Assembly: GCA_964520725.1 (NCBI GenBank)
Contig: CAZFQF010000001.1
Coordinates: 1-32,158 of the forward strand
Source: an uncultured Muribaculaceae bacterium
Lineage (GTDB): Bacteria > Bacillota_I > Bacilli_A > RF39 > UBA660
DNA length: 32,158 nt
Direction: 5' to 3'
Shown in pieces: positions 24,148-32,158 of this stretch (position 1 is its first letter; each line of letters starts with the position of its first letter). The notes below the pieces were generated by a model that made no database searches, was not told the origin of the DNA, and saw only the letters and a program-made list of their open reading frames with translations. Position numbers and translations under genes: made by a program.

Positions 24148-25770
24148 TTAAATCTTTTCTATTACTTCTAAAATTAAAGGTACCATTTGTTTTTTTCTTG
24201 AAACAACACCTTCTAGGAGATATCCTTCATATAAATCCATTATATTATAAGCATCTTCTAAATACTTTTGAGCTTTTTCATTATAGATAAGATAAGAATT
24301 TTTATTTATAATATCTGTCACAAAAAGACAGACAACTTTATAATTATTATTTTCACTAATTTCATTTAATTCTTTAATATAATTCGCAATATTTTGTTTA
24401 TATTCTTCAAAAGAAACCGTAAATACTTGAGCCACTCCAATTTTGTGTTCCCCAGCTATATAGCTTTTAAAATCTCGGTAGATTACTTCTTCTTCACTCA
24501 TTCCTTCAATACTAACCCCACTTCTTAAAAGTTCTAAACCATAATTTTTAATATCGATTTTAGATATTTTAGCAAGCTCTTTAGCAACTTCTTTGTCTAA
24601 AGCTGTCGTAGTTGGGCTGGCAAATAATAAAGTATCAGAAATAATTCCACTTAACATAATTCCCGCAATATTTTTAGGGATTTTTAAACTCTGTTCCATA
24701 AACAAATGATAAATTATAGTATTTACTGAACCCACAGACATATTTCGAAAATTAATTGGCGCAGATGTAGAAATATTTCCAATATTATGATGATCAACTA
24801 TTTCTAAAACTTCTGCTTCACTTAAACCATCAACACTTTGCGATGGTTCATTATGATCGACTAAAATTACTTTCTTGCGATCAATTTCATGAGTATCAAT
24901 AACTCTAAGCATTCCTTCACAGATCCCTTTCCCATTAACTATAGGATAATTAGTATGCTTTAATTTATTACTTACTTCTAAGAAATCAGTTAAATAATCA
25001 ATTGGCTCAAAACAAACTGCAGTTGAGACTCTTTGAATAGTTTTAATTGGGTTAGACAAACAGACTATTCTAGTTACTTTAAAAGTATCATATGGCGTTA
25101 TTATGACATTAACTTTATTTTTTTTAGCTAACTCTACTTCTTCGGGTTTTAAATCAATATTATTAACTAAAATAATTAACTTTACTTTTTGTTTTAAAGC
25201 ATGATTAAGAATTTGCTCTCTATTACATCCAACTAAAATTGAAGAGGAATCAATTTCAACTGTATCAATAAACATTCGATAAGGAATGCTAACAGTTAAA
25301 GCATTTCCTTCAATCTGATCATCAAACTTATAAGTATAAGTTGCACTTAAAGTATCAGCAATATTTTCGAAGCTAGTATTTATCTCATTTGAAGAACTGA
25401 TAATTAATTCTCTAGCTATTTCTTTTAAGGAAACATACCCTAAAAATTTTTTATTATTATCTACAATAGGAATTCCGGTAATTCCTTTTTTACTCATGTA
25501 ATTATATGTTTTGAAAATCGACTCATTTTCATTAATAAAATAATTTTTTTTATATTTAATATCTTTTAACTGAACTTTTACATCATTTAAATATTTTGGC
25601 ACCGGGACATTAAATTTATTTAAGACAAAACTAGTCTCTTTACTTATCTCACTTAAAATTCCGGGCTCAGTATTTAAACCCATTTGATTTTTTAAATAAC
25701 TTAAAGAAATTGATCCACATACGGCATCAGTATCTGGTTTTTTATGACCAAATATATAAATCTTATCCAT
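24148..25770 (-). CDS. ppaC: Manganese-dependent inorganic pyrophosphatase, family II with a CBS-domain insert (DHH-CBS-DHHA2)
   Basis: IYIFGHKKPDTDAVCGS (DHH motif I), a CBS-pair region, ILVDHNEPSQSVDG...IVDHHNIGN and GIISDTLLF, then a DHHA2 tail. The track start at 25797 is a TTG. ATG 25770 (MDKIYIFGH) fits the usual N-terminus of the family. Confidence 0.85.
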   Translation of the reverse strand: MDKIYIFGHKKPDTDAVCGSISLSYLKNQMGLNTEPGILSEISKETSFVLNKFNVPVPKYLNDVKVQLKDIKYKKNYFINENESIFKTYNYMSKKGITGIPIVDNNKKFLGYVSLKEIARELIISSSNEINTSFENIADTLSATYTYKFDDQIEGNALTVSIPYRMFIDTVEIDSSSILVGCNREQILNHALKQKVKLIILVNNIDLKPEEVELAKKNKVNVIITPYDTFKVTRIVCLSNPIKTIQRVSTAVCFEPIDYLTDFLEVSNKLKHTNYPIVNGKGICEGMLRVIDTHEIDRKKVILVDHNEPSQSVDGLSEAEVLEIVDHHNIGNISTSAPINFRNMSVGSVNTIIYHLFMEQSLKIPKNIAGIMLSGIISDTLLFASPTTTALDKEVAKELAKISKIDIKNYGLELLRSGVSIEGMSEEEVIYRDFKSYIAGEHKIGVAQVFTVSFEEYKQNIANYIKELNEISENNNYKVVCLFVTDIINKNSYLIYNEKAQKYLEDAYNIMDLYEGYLLEGVVSRKKQMVPLILEVIEKI

Positions 25771-25877
25771 AATTTCACTTATCCTATCGTTATACAATTA
25801 TACACTATTTAAATAAATAGTTAAAGTCTTTTGAGTTAATTATGATATAATATTTATAAATAAAAGGAGTAATAAAG

Positions 25878-26837
25878 ATGGCAAAGAAGAGAAAGTTAAA
25901 AAAGAAAGTTAAGCTAAGATTATTCTTGTTTTTAATCTTAGTAGGTTTATCTATAGCAGGGATAAAATTATATGAAGATTATCAATATAAACAAACTTAC
26001 GAGTATAAATTATTACAAATTAATTATAGTTTAGAAGATACTAAGATATTAATTAAAAATTTAAAAAATAAAGAACTTGATAATATTTTATTAAAAGAAT
26101 CAAACGAAAATATTGTAAAATTAGTATCAGAAAAATATTTTATTTCTTCTAATTTAGATCGATATTTAACATATTATGAAAAAAACAATGATTATGAAAT
26201 AACAAAAGTTGTTTCTTTAGTTAATGTTAACCGAGATCGAGATTATTATGATAATCCCGTTCAAACTAGACCAGAACAAAAAGAATTTATGATTGTTAAT
26301 AAGTATCATTTTCTAGACAAAGACTATGCTCCCGAGGATATTATTAAAACTTCTCTTACTTATTCTTATGAAAATAATTCTTTAAATGAAACTACATGTC
26401 TTGCTTATCAAGAAATGGCTGAAGCTGCTAAATTAGATGGCTATACTATTTTAATAATTTCTTCTTATCGAAATTATCAATCGCAAGAAGATTTATGGAA
26501 CGGAAGAAAAGCGTTGTACGGAACAAGGAAAGCTGATGAATACGCAGCTAGAGCTGGGCACTCAGAACATCAAACTGGATATGCCGTTGATGTTGGTGAT
26601 TTTTATGATGGTGATGATAAATTTGGAGAAACCGAAAGCTATAAATGGATGATTAATAATTCTTATAAATACGGATTTATCCTAAGATATCCTAAAGAAA
26701 AAGAGAATATTACAGGATATTCATATGAACCTTGGCATTACCGATATGTTGGAAAAGAAATCGCTAAAATTATTTATGACGAACAAATTACTTTTGATGA
26801 ATATTATGCTTATTATATTGAAAATGTTTCTCTTTAA
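25878..26837 (+). CDS. Peptidase M15B (VanY/LdcB-type) D-alanyl-D-alanine or LD-carboxypeptidase, membrane-anchored
   Basis: SD AAAAGGAG. An N-terminal TM segment is followed by SSYRNYQSQEDLW, SEHQTGYAVD and EPWHYRYVG, the zinc-ligand and catalytic motifs of the VanY family. Confidence 0.85.
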   Translation: MAKKRKLKKKVKLRLFLFLILVGLSIAGIKLYEDYQYKQTYEYKLLQINYSLEDTKILIKNLKNKELDNILLKESNENIVKLVSEKYFISSNLDRYLTYYEKNNDYEITKVVSLVNVNRDRDYYDNPVQTRPEQKEFMIVNKYHFLDKDYAPEDIIKTSLTYSYENNSLNETTCLAYQEMAEAAKLDGYTILIISSYRNYQSQEDLWNGRKALYGTRKADEYAARAGHSEHQTGYAVDVGDFYDGDDKFGETESYKWMINNSYKYGFILRYPKEKENITGYSYEPWHYRYVGKEIAKIIYDEQITFDEYYAYYIENVSL

Positions 26838-26857
26838 AAAGAAAGAAGGAAAAAATC

Positions 26858-27613
26858 ATGAAAATAATTTCTTGGAATGTTGCAGGATTTAGAGCAGCAT
26901 TAAAAAAAGGATTTAAAGATTTTTTTGAAAATGAAAATGCTGATATTTTCTGTTTACAGGAAGTAAAAGCTTTTCGAAATCAAATTGAGTTTGATGCTCA
27001 AGATTATTATGAGTATTTAAATCCTGCTGAAAAACCAGGTTATTCTGGAACTTTAATTTATTCAAAGATTAAACCTATTTCTATAACTTACGGAATGGAT
27101 GAATTTATTTTAGATAATGAAGGAAGAATTATTACAATGGAATATGATTATTTTTATTTAATTAATATTTATGTTCCAAATGTCAAAAGAGATTTATCTA
27201 GATTAAATTATCGCATGGATTGGGAAAACAATTTTCTTAAATATTTAAAAAAATTAGAACTTAATAAACCTGTTATAGTTTGTGGAGATTTAAATGTTGC
27301 TCATACTGAGCAAGATATTAAAAATGCTAAAGCCAATATTGGAAACGCCGGTTTCACTTATGAAGAACGCGAAAAACTTAGTATTTTATTAGAGAACGGA
27401 TTCACTGATACTTTCAGATATTTAAATCCTAATACTACTGATAAATATACTTGGTGGAGTTATATAGGAAATGTTAGAGCAAGAAATATTGGTTGGAGAA
27501 TTGATTATTTCTTAATTTCTAACATTTTAAAAAATAAGCTAAATGATTCTATTATTTATAGTAATATTATGGGGAGCGATCACTGCCCTATTGGTTTAAA
27601 AATAGATTTATAA
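26858..27613 (+). CDS. xth: Exodeoxyribonuclease III (AP endonuclease, ExoIII/Xth family)
   Basis: MKIISWNVAGFRA, FCLQEVK, GDLNVAH, and WRIDYFLIS...GSDHCPI. Confidence 0.9.
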   Translation: MKIISWNVAGFRAALKKGFKDFFENENADIFCLQEVKAFRNQIEFDAQDYYEYLNPAEKPGYSGTLIYSKIKPISITYGMDEFILDNEGRIITMEYDYFYLINIYVPNVKRDLSRLNYRMDWENNFLKYLKKLELNKPVIVCGDLNVAHTEQDIKNAKANIGNAGFTYEEREKLSILLENGFTDTFRYLNPNTTDKYTWWSYIGNVRARNIGWRIDYFLISNILKNKLNDSIIYSNIMGSDHCPIGLKIDL

Positions 27614-27628
27614 AGGAGTAGTAATATT

Positions 27629-27911
27629 ATGATACAAAATGAAAAATAAATAACGATTAATGGGGTTAAATATAATTTTGAATATCTAATCGGAGCATAT
27701 GGAGTCCTTAGCCGAGTTAGAAAATTTTTAACTTATGTTAAACAAAAAGCAAATAGAGGTTAATATCAATAATAAAAAAAGTGCTTTTCTCACAAACGGA
27801 AATGATATTTTATTAGAAAATATTCATAAAGTTTAATAGTGATGCTGGAGGGCTTATTTCTCTATAACTGGAGAAGGAATTTATTATTCAATTGTTTCTG
27901 CAAAATTTTAA
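27629..27911 (+). pseudogene. Decayed geranylgeranyl-reductase-family or FAD-dependent oxidoreductase remnant
   Basis: An intact SD (AAAGGAG) and ATG 27629 give only MIQNEK-stop. Three downstream fragments sit in different frames. They read INGVKYNFEYLIGAYGVLSRVRKFL (compare lIGADGxxSxVRk), VNINNKKSAFLTNGNDILLENIHKV, and ...YFSITGEGIYYSIVSAKF (compare the C-terminal P.TGEGIYYAm.SG motif). Confidence 0.5.
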
Positions 27912-27985
27912 GTAAAGATTTTGATAGCTAAAAAAATAATATGAATAAAATTGGTAAACATATAAAAAGAAAGTGAGAATAAATA

Positions 27986-29104
27986 ATGATAAAACCAACA
28001 AAATTAGAACCAGGAGATAAAGTAGCAATCATCAGTTTATCAAGTGGAATTTTGGGCGAACCTTTTATGGAACGCCAAAGAAAATTAATAGAAAAAAGAT
28101 TAAATGATTTCGAATTAGAAGTTGTCTATACACCTAATGCCTTAAAAGGTATTGATTTTATTAAAAATAATCCTGATGCTAGAGCTGAAGATTTAAAGTG
28201 GGCATTTAAAGACAAGACTGTAAAAGGTATTATCTGTGCAATAGGTGGAGATGATACTTATAAAACTATTCCTTACCTATTAAGTGATGAAGAGTTTATA
28301 ACTAGCGTAAAAAATAACCCCAAAATTTTCATTGGATATTCAGATACAACTATTAATCATTTAATGTTTTATAAAATAGGATTAACTACTTACTATGGAC
28401 ATGTCGCTATTGTAGATTTCGGAGAATTTGCTGAGGAAATGTTACCGTATTCAAAAATGTGGTTTGAAAAGTTATTTAGATCTGAAGATAATTTAGAAAT
28501 AACTTCTAGTCCCATATGGTATTTGGAAAGAACAAATTTTGATGAAACAGAGTTTGGTAAAGATAGAGTTAATAAATTTGAAGAAAGAGGTTATGAAATA
28601 TTACAAGGAGATGGTTTAGTTACAGGAAAGTTATTTGGAGGCTGTTTAGAAAGCCTAAGTGAATTAATTTCCGGAAGTAGATATGAGGATGAATCTGAAG
28701 TTAATGAGAAATTTTCATTATTTCCTTCTTTACAAGAACTTGAAGGCAAAATATTATTTTTAGAAACTAGCGATGAAAAACCTAAACCTGAAAAAATCAC
28801 TAGTTTATTATTAACTTTAGAACAATATGGGATATTTAAAGTTATTAGCGGAGTCGTTATTGGAAAACCTCAAGATGAGACTTACTATGATGAATACAAA
28901 AAAGTTTTTAAAGATATTATTGGAAAATATAATAAGCCAATAATGTTTAATGTTAATTTCGGACATGCTCATCCTAAATGTATACTACCTTATGGAGCAG
29001 AAATACTAATGGATTGTGATAATAAACGCTTAACAATAAATGACCCTTTAGTTTTAGAAAAAGCAGCGATAAAAACAAAAAAGGTTATGAAAGCTCGTTC
29101 TTAA
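27986..29104 (+). CDS. Peptidase S66 family LD-carboxypeptidase (MccF/LdcA-like)
   Basis: GDKVAIISLSSG, ICAIGGDD, IGYSDTT (nucleophile Ser), and NFGHAHP (His). Confidence 0.8.
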   Translation: MIKPTKLEPGDKVAIISLSSGILGEPFMERQRKLIEKRLNDFELEVVYTPNALKGIDFIKNNPDARAEDLKWAFKDKTVKGIICAIGGDDTYKTIPYLLSDEEFITSVKNNPKIFIGYSDTTINHLMFYKIGLTTYYGHVAIVDFGEFAEEMLPYSKMWFEKLFRSEDNLEITSSPIWYLERTNFDETEFGKDRVNKFEERGYEILQGDGLVTGKLFGGCLESLSELISGSRYEDESEVNEKFSLFPSLQELEGKILFLETSDEKPKPEKITSLLLTLEQYGIFKVISGVVIGKPQDETYYDEYKKVFKDIIGKYNKPIMFNVNFGHAHPKCILPYGAEILMDCDNKRLTINDPLVLEKAAIKTKKVMKARS

Positions 29105-29649
29105 ATTAAAATCTAATGAGAAAACAATTAATAAATATATAGGCAAATTATTAACGATCTATATTGAGTGGTTTTTTCCCCACCAATTTAATTTGAGTTA
29201 AGATTTTTACCTATTTTTTTGTGTTTCTACTAATAAAATTTTTTCACCAATATTTTTATTTCATTAACTAAAAGAATTTAATCTAAAATTATAGTTTAGG
29301 AAAATACTAACACCTTATCCCAAATCTAGGCATATTTTGATAAGCTTTTTTTCAAATAGTAATTGTTTGTTCAAAAATATGATATAATTGAAAAGAACAT
29401 TACAAATCTTTTAAATACTTATATTCTAAGGATTTATTCAAATTATAAGGTCTAATAAGTGTGATAAAAAATAGCTAAAAATTTAAAAATTGGTGAAAAT
29501 TTCTATAAAAATAAGTAAAAAATTTAAAATAAACAATACTAATGATATGAGTCAATACAAATTTTCTGAATTTTTGCAAAGAAATTTCTGAATTTAATGA
29601 TTTGTACGAAAATGAGAGGTTATAATAATCATAATAAGGAGGAAATAAT

Positions 29650-31593
29650 ATGTTTAAATTACATTCGAATTATAGTCCAAACGGGGATCAACCAAAAGCG
29701 ATTGAAGAATTAATATTTGGTTTAAAGAATGGCGAAAAACACCAAGTTCTACTAGGAGCAACTGGGACTGGTAAAACTTTTACTGTTGCTAATGTTATCG
29801 AAAAAGTTAATAAGCCTACTTTAGTACTTGCACACAATAAAACTTTAGCCGGACAGCTTTACTCTGAGTTTAAAGAATTATTCCCGGAAAACAGAGTTGA
29901 ATACTTTGTTTCTTACTACGATTATTATCAACCAGAAGCATATGTTCCTTCCTCAGATACTTATATTGAAAAAGATTCCAGCATTAATGATGAAATCGAT
30001 GAACTTAGACATGGGGCAACGAGTGCTCTTATTAATAATCGAGATGTAATCGTTGTTGCATCAGTTTCCTGTATTTATGGAATTGGAGAGCCTGAAGAAT
30101 ATCAGAAAAATATGTTAATATTATCAGTTGGAGATAATATTAAAAGAAATGAAATTATTGATAAACTAGTTACTATGACATATGAAAGAAGTCAGTTAGA
30201 TTTTCATCGAGGAACTTTTAGAGTAAATGGTGATATAATTGACATCGTTCCAGCAAGTGGCAGAAAAAACGGAATTAGAGTCGAATTATTTGGAAACGAA
30301 GTAGAAAAAATTATGGAGTTTGATGTCCTAACAGGAACTATCATCCAAAATATTAAACATATTAGTATTTATCCAGCCAGTCATTTCGTTACTAGTAATG
30401 ATAAACTGCAAGAAGCGATTAAAAGAATTGAATTAGAAGCCGAAGAGCAAATTGAGTATTTTAAGAATAACGGTAAATTAATTGAAGAACAAAGATTAAG
30501 AGAAAGAGTCAAATATGATCTTGAAATGCTCAGAGAAACTGGATTTTGTCATGGTATCGAAAACTATTCAAGACATTTAGCTTTAAGAGGAGCTGGAGAA
30601 ACTCCCAGCACTTTAATGGATTTCTTTGATAAAGATTATTTATTAGTTATCGACGAATCACATGTCACACTTCCACAAGTAAGAGGAATGTATAATGGCG
30701 ATCGAATGAGAAAACAAACTCTTGTTGATTACGGATTTAGATTACCTAGTGCCCTAGATAATCGTCCGCTTAAATTTGAAGAATTTAATGAAAAAATTAA
30801 CCAAGTTATCTATGTTTCAGCTACTCCAGGCGATTATGAATTAGAGCTTGCTAAAAATAAGTTTGTTGAAAGTATTATCCGTCCGACTGGCCTACTTGAT
30901 CCAACTATTGAAGTTCGTAAAACTGAAGGCCAAATTGATGATTTAATTCATGAAATAAATATTCGTAAAGATTTAAATGAAAGAGTTTTAATTACAACTT
31001 TAACTATTCGTATGGCCGAAGAATTAACTAATTATTTAAAAGGCTTAAACATGAAAGTTGCTTATCTTCATAGTGAAGTTAAGACTTTTGAAAGATTAAG
31101 AATAATTAGAGATTTAAGACTTGGTAAATATGATGTTTTAGTAGGAATAAACCTTCTAAGAGAAGGTTTAGATATTCCTGAGGTAAGTTTAATTGCGATT
31201 ATGGATGCTGATAAACAAGGTTTCTTAAGAAGTAAAAGAAGTTTAATTCAAACAATCGGAAGAGCTGCTCGTAATGAACGTGGACATGTTATTATGTATG
31301 CTAATATAATTAGTGAAGCAATGGATTTAGCTATTAAAGAAACCGAAAGAAGAAGAGCAACTCAAATTAAATATAATGAAGAACATAATATTGTTCCAAA
31401 AACTATTGTTAAAGAAGTAAGAGATTTAATCTCTAATGAAATTAAAGAAGATTCTATTGAAAAAATTTCTAAAAAAGATGAGAAAGACTTAATTCTTAAA
31501 ATTGAAAGAGAAATGAAAGCTGCTGCTAAGGATTTAGATTTTGAGAAAGCTATGCAATTAAGAGATATTTTATTTGAATTAAAAAGTAAATAA
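29650..31593 (+). CDS. uvrB: Excinuclease ABC subunit B
   Basis: SD AAGGAGG. The N-terminus is F.L.S.Y.P.GDQP.AI. Walker A is GATGTGKTF. Also present are [10 protein letters not shown], the helicase motifs DESH and [10 protein letters not shown], and the C-terminal UVR motif [10 protein letters not shown]. Confidence 0.97.
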   Translation: MFKLHSNYSPNGDQPKAIEELIFGLKNGEKHQVLLGATGTGKTFTVANVIEKVNKPTLVLAHNKTLAGQLYSEFKELFPENRVEYFVSYYDYYQPEAYVPSSDTYIEKDSSINDEIDELRHGATSALINNRDVIVVASVSCIYGIGEPEEYQKNMLILSVGDNIKRNEIIDKLVTMTYERSQLDFHRGTFRVNGDIIDIVPASGRKNGIRVELFGNEVEKIMEFDVLTGTIIQNIKHISIYPASHFVTSNDKLQEAIKRIELEAEEQIEYFKNNGKLIEEQRLRERVKYDLEMLRETGFCHGIENYSRHLALRGAGETPSTLMDFFDKDYLLVIDESHVTLPQVRGMYNGDRMRKQTLVDYGFRLPSALDNRPLKFEEFNEKINQVIYVSATPGDYELELAKNKFVESIIRPTGLLDPTIEVRKTEGQIDDLIHEINIRKDLNERVLITTLTIRMAEELTNYLKGLNMKVAYLHSEVKTFERLRIIRDLRLGKYDVLVGINLLREGLDIPEVSLIAIMDADKQGFLRSKRSLIQTIGRAARNERGHVIMYANIISEAMDLAIKETERRRATQIKYNEEHNIVPKTIVKEVRDLISNEIKEDSIEKISKKDEKDLILKIEREMKAAAKDLDFEKAMQLRDILFELKSK

Positions 31594-31603
31594 CATTATA
31601 TTA

Positions 31604-31660
31604 AAAAAAGACTTTATATAAGTTAGATATTCTCTACTTAATTAAAGTCTTTTTTATTTT
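31604..31660 (+). terminator. Rho-independent terminator after uvrB
   Basis: AAAGACTTTA (31607..31616) pairs with TAAAGTCTTT (31643..31652). An inner imperfect stem is AAGTTAGA/TCTACTT. TTTTTATTTT follows. Confidence 0.6.
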
Positions 31661-31780
31661 TAATGATTTTAGTACTTCAATCATTTTTTCATCATTCTTT
31701 GGACTAGATGCCGCTTCTTTATGGCCTCCACCGCCAAAAAATCCTCTTAAAAATATCTTTCTTATATTGTTTTTTATATT

Positions 31781-32158
31781 TTAATCTATATTTTCAATTC
31801 TTGTAAATAATAATTCTTGATGATTAATTTTAATATTTCCAGAGATATTTTGAATTTTCCATTTATATTCTGGTAAATTAAGCATCTCTTTAATTTTAAG
31901 GGAAGTATTTGGCATAATTGGTTTTATTAAGTTAGAAATATTAGCCATCATATAAATACAAGTATAAGTAGTATCGTTAAAATCAGAAATATTTTCTTTA
32001 ACTTGAATCCAAGGTTGTTTTTCATCATAATACTTATTTCCTAAGCTAATGTATTCAATGATACTATTCATTGCATTTCTAAATTCACCTTTTTCAATAT
32101 AAGAACCCACTAATTCAAAAGTTTTTTCAGTACTTTCAATTATTGTTTGATCAATATT
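31781..32158 (-). CDS. metG: Methionine--tRNA ligase, C-terminal anticodon-binding part (the gene continues beyond the window end)
   Basis: The frame is open from 32158 (NIDQTIIESTEKTFELVGSYIEKGEFRNAMNSIIEYISLGNKYYDEKQPWIQVKEN...). This is the typical MetRS helical anticodon-binding region. The track start at 32110 is an internal GTG. Confidence 0.8.
   Translation of the reverse strand, partial: NIDQTIIESTEKTFELVGSYIEKGEFRNAMNSIIEYISLGNKYYDEKQPWIQVKENISDFNDTTYTCIYMMANISNLIKPIMPNTSLKIKEMLNLPEYKWKIQNISGNIKINHQELLFTRIENID

Noticed and set aside
25798-25877. Divergent promoter between ppaC and the VanY-type gene (TGATATAAT at 25843..25851)
   Set aside because: It is plausible as an extended -10, but no acceptable -35 sits at 16-18 nt, and such hexamers are frequent in this base composition. 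It is not reported as a feature.
28591-28800. Minus-strand ORF inside the S66 carboxypeptidase gene
   Set aside because: It is antisense to a gene with clear catalytic motifs. It has no SD and low-complexity composition.
29105-29649. LexA (Cheo) box upstream of uvrB
   Set aside because: No GAAC-N4-GTTC match was found. The nearest look-alikes (TGTTC...GAACA around 29360..29400) are 24 nt apart, and GAACATTACAAA lacks the second half-site.
1-32158. Scan for tRNA or rRNA genes, CRISPR repeats, transposases, integrases, or phage and toxin-antitoxin modules
   Set aside because: I could recognise none of these. All sizeable non-coding gaps are accounted for by promoters, hairpins or gene remnants.

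Overview
Very AT-rich bacterial DNA that uses the standard genetic code (Trp is TGG, and the long ORFs are intact) with Shine-Dalgarno-led genes, in the style of a low-GC Gram-positive. All domain calls come from motif recognition by eye; no searches were run. The right third (about 21-32 kb) is ordinary housekeeping. It holds a DUF2207/LemA pair, a CBS-containing family II pyrophosphatase, VanY-type and S66 peptidoglycan carboxypeptidases, exonuclease III, uvrB and the 3' end of metG, plus decayed gene remnants. The left two thirds (1-20.9 kb, entirely on the minus strand) form one accessory locus that I read as a greatly expanded SipW/TasA-type secreted-fibre or adhesin system. Seven secreted proteins carry a TasA-like signal-peptide junction ([ST]-x-Y-[AST]-[WFL]-[FL] directly after the hydrophobic segment). 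Four of them, plus a fifth TM-anchored member (230 aa) that lacks this junction, are tandem paralogues of one family. Three of the paralogues are large and sit behind near-identical promoters, two of them also followed by their own hairpins. Also present are a 1217-aa GLUG-motif protein and a LamG-domain protein. The locus has one catalytically intact SipW-type signal peptidase fused to a large cytoplasmic domain (possibly a degenerate EAL), and a second SipW-like protein lacking the catalytic residues. It also contains a UbiA-type polyprenyl-phosphate phosphoribosyltransferase paired with a polytopic GT-C-like membrane protein, a 543-aa cytoplasmic helical protein preceded by an unlisted 48-aa ORF, and a membrane-anchored McrB/AAA_5-type NTPase that runs off the window start. 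No sortase, LPXTG motif, type IV pilus machinery, transposase, CRISPR array, tRNA or rRNA was seen.
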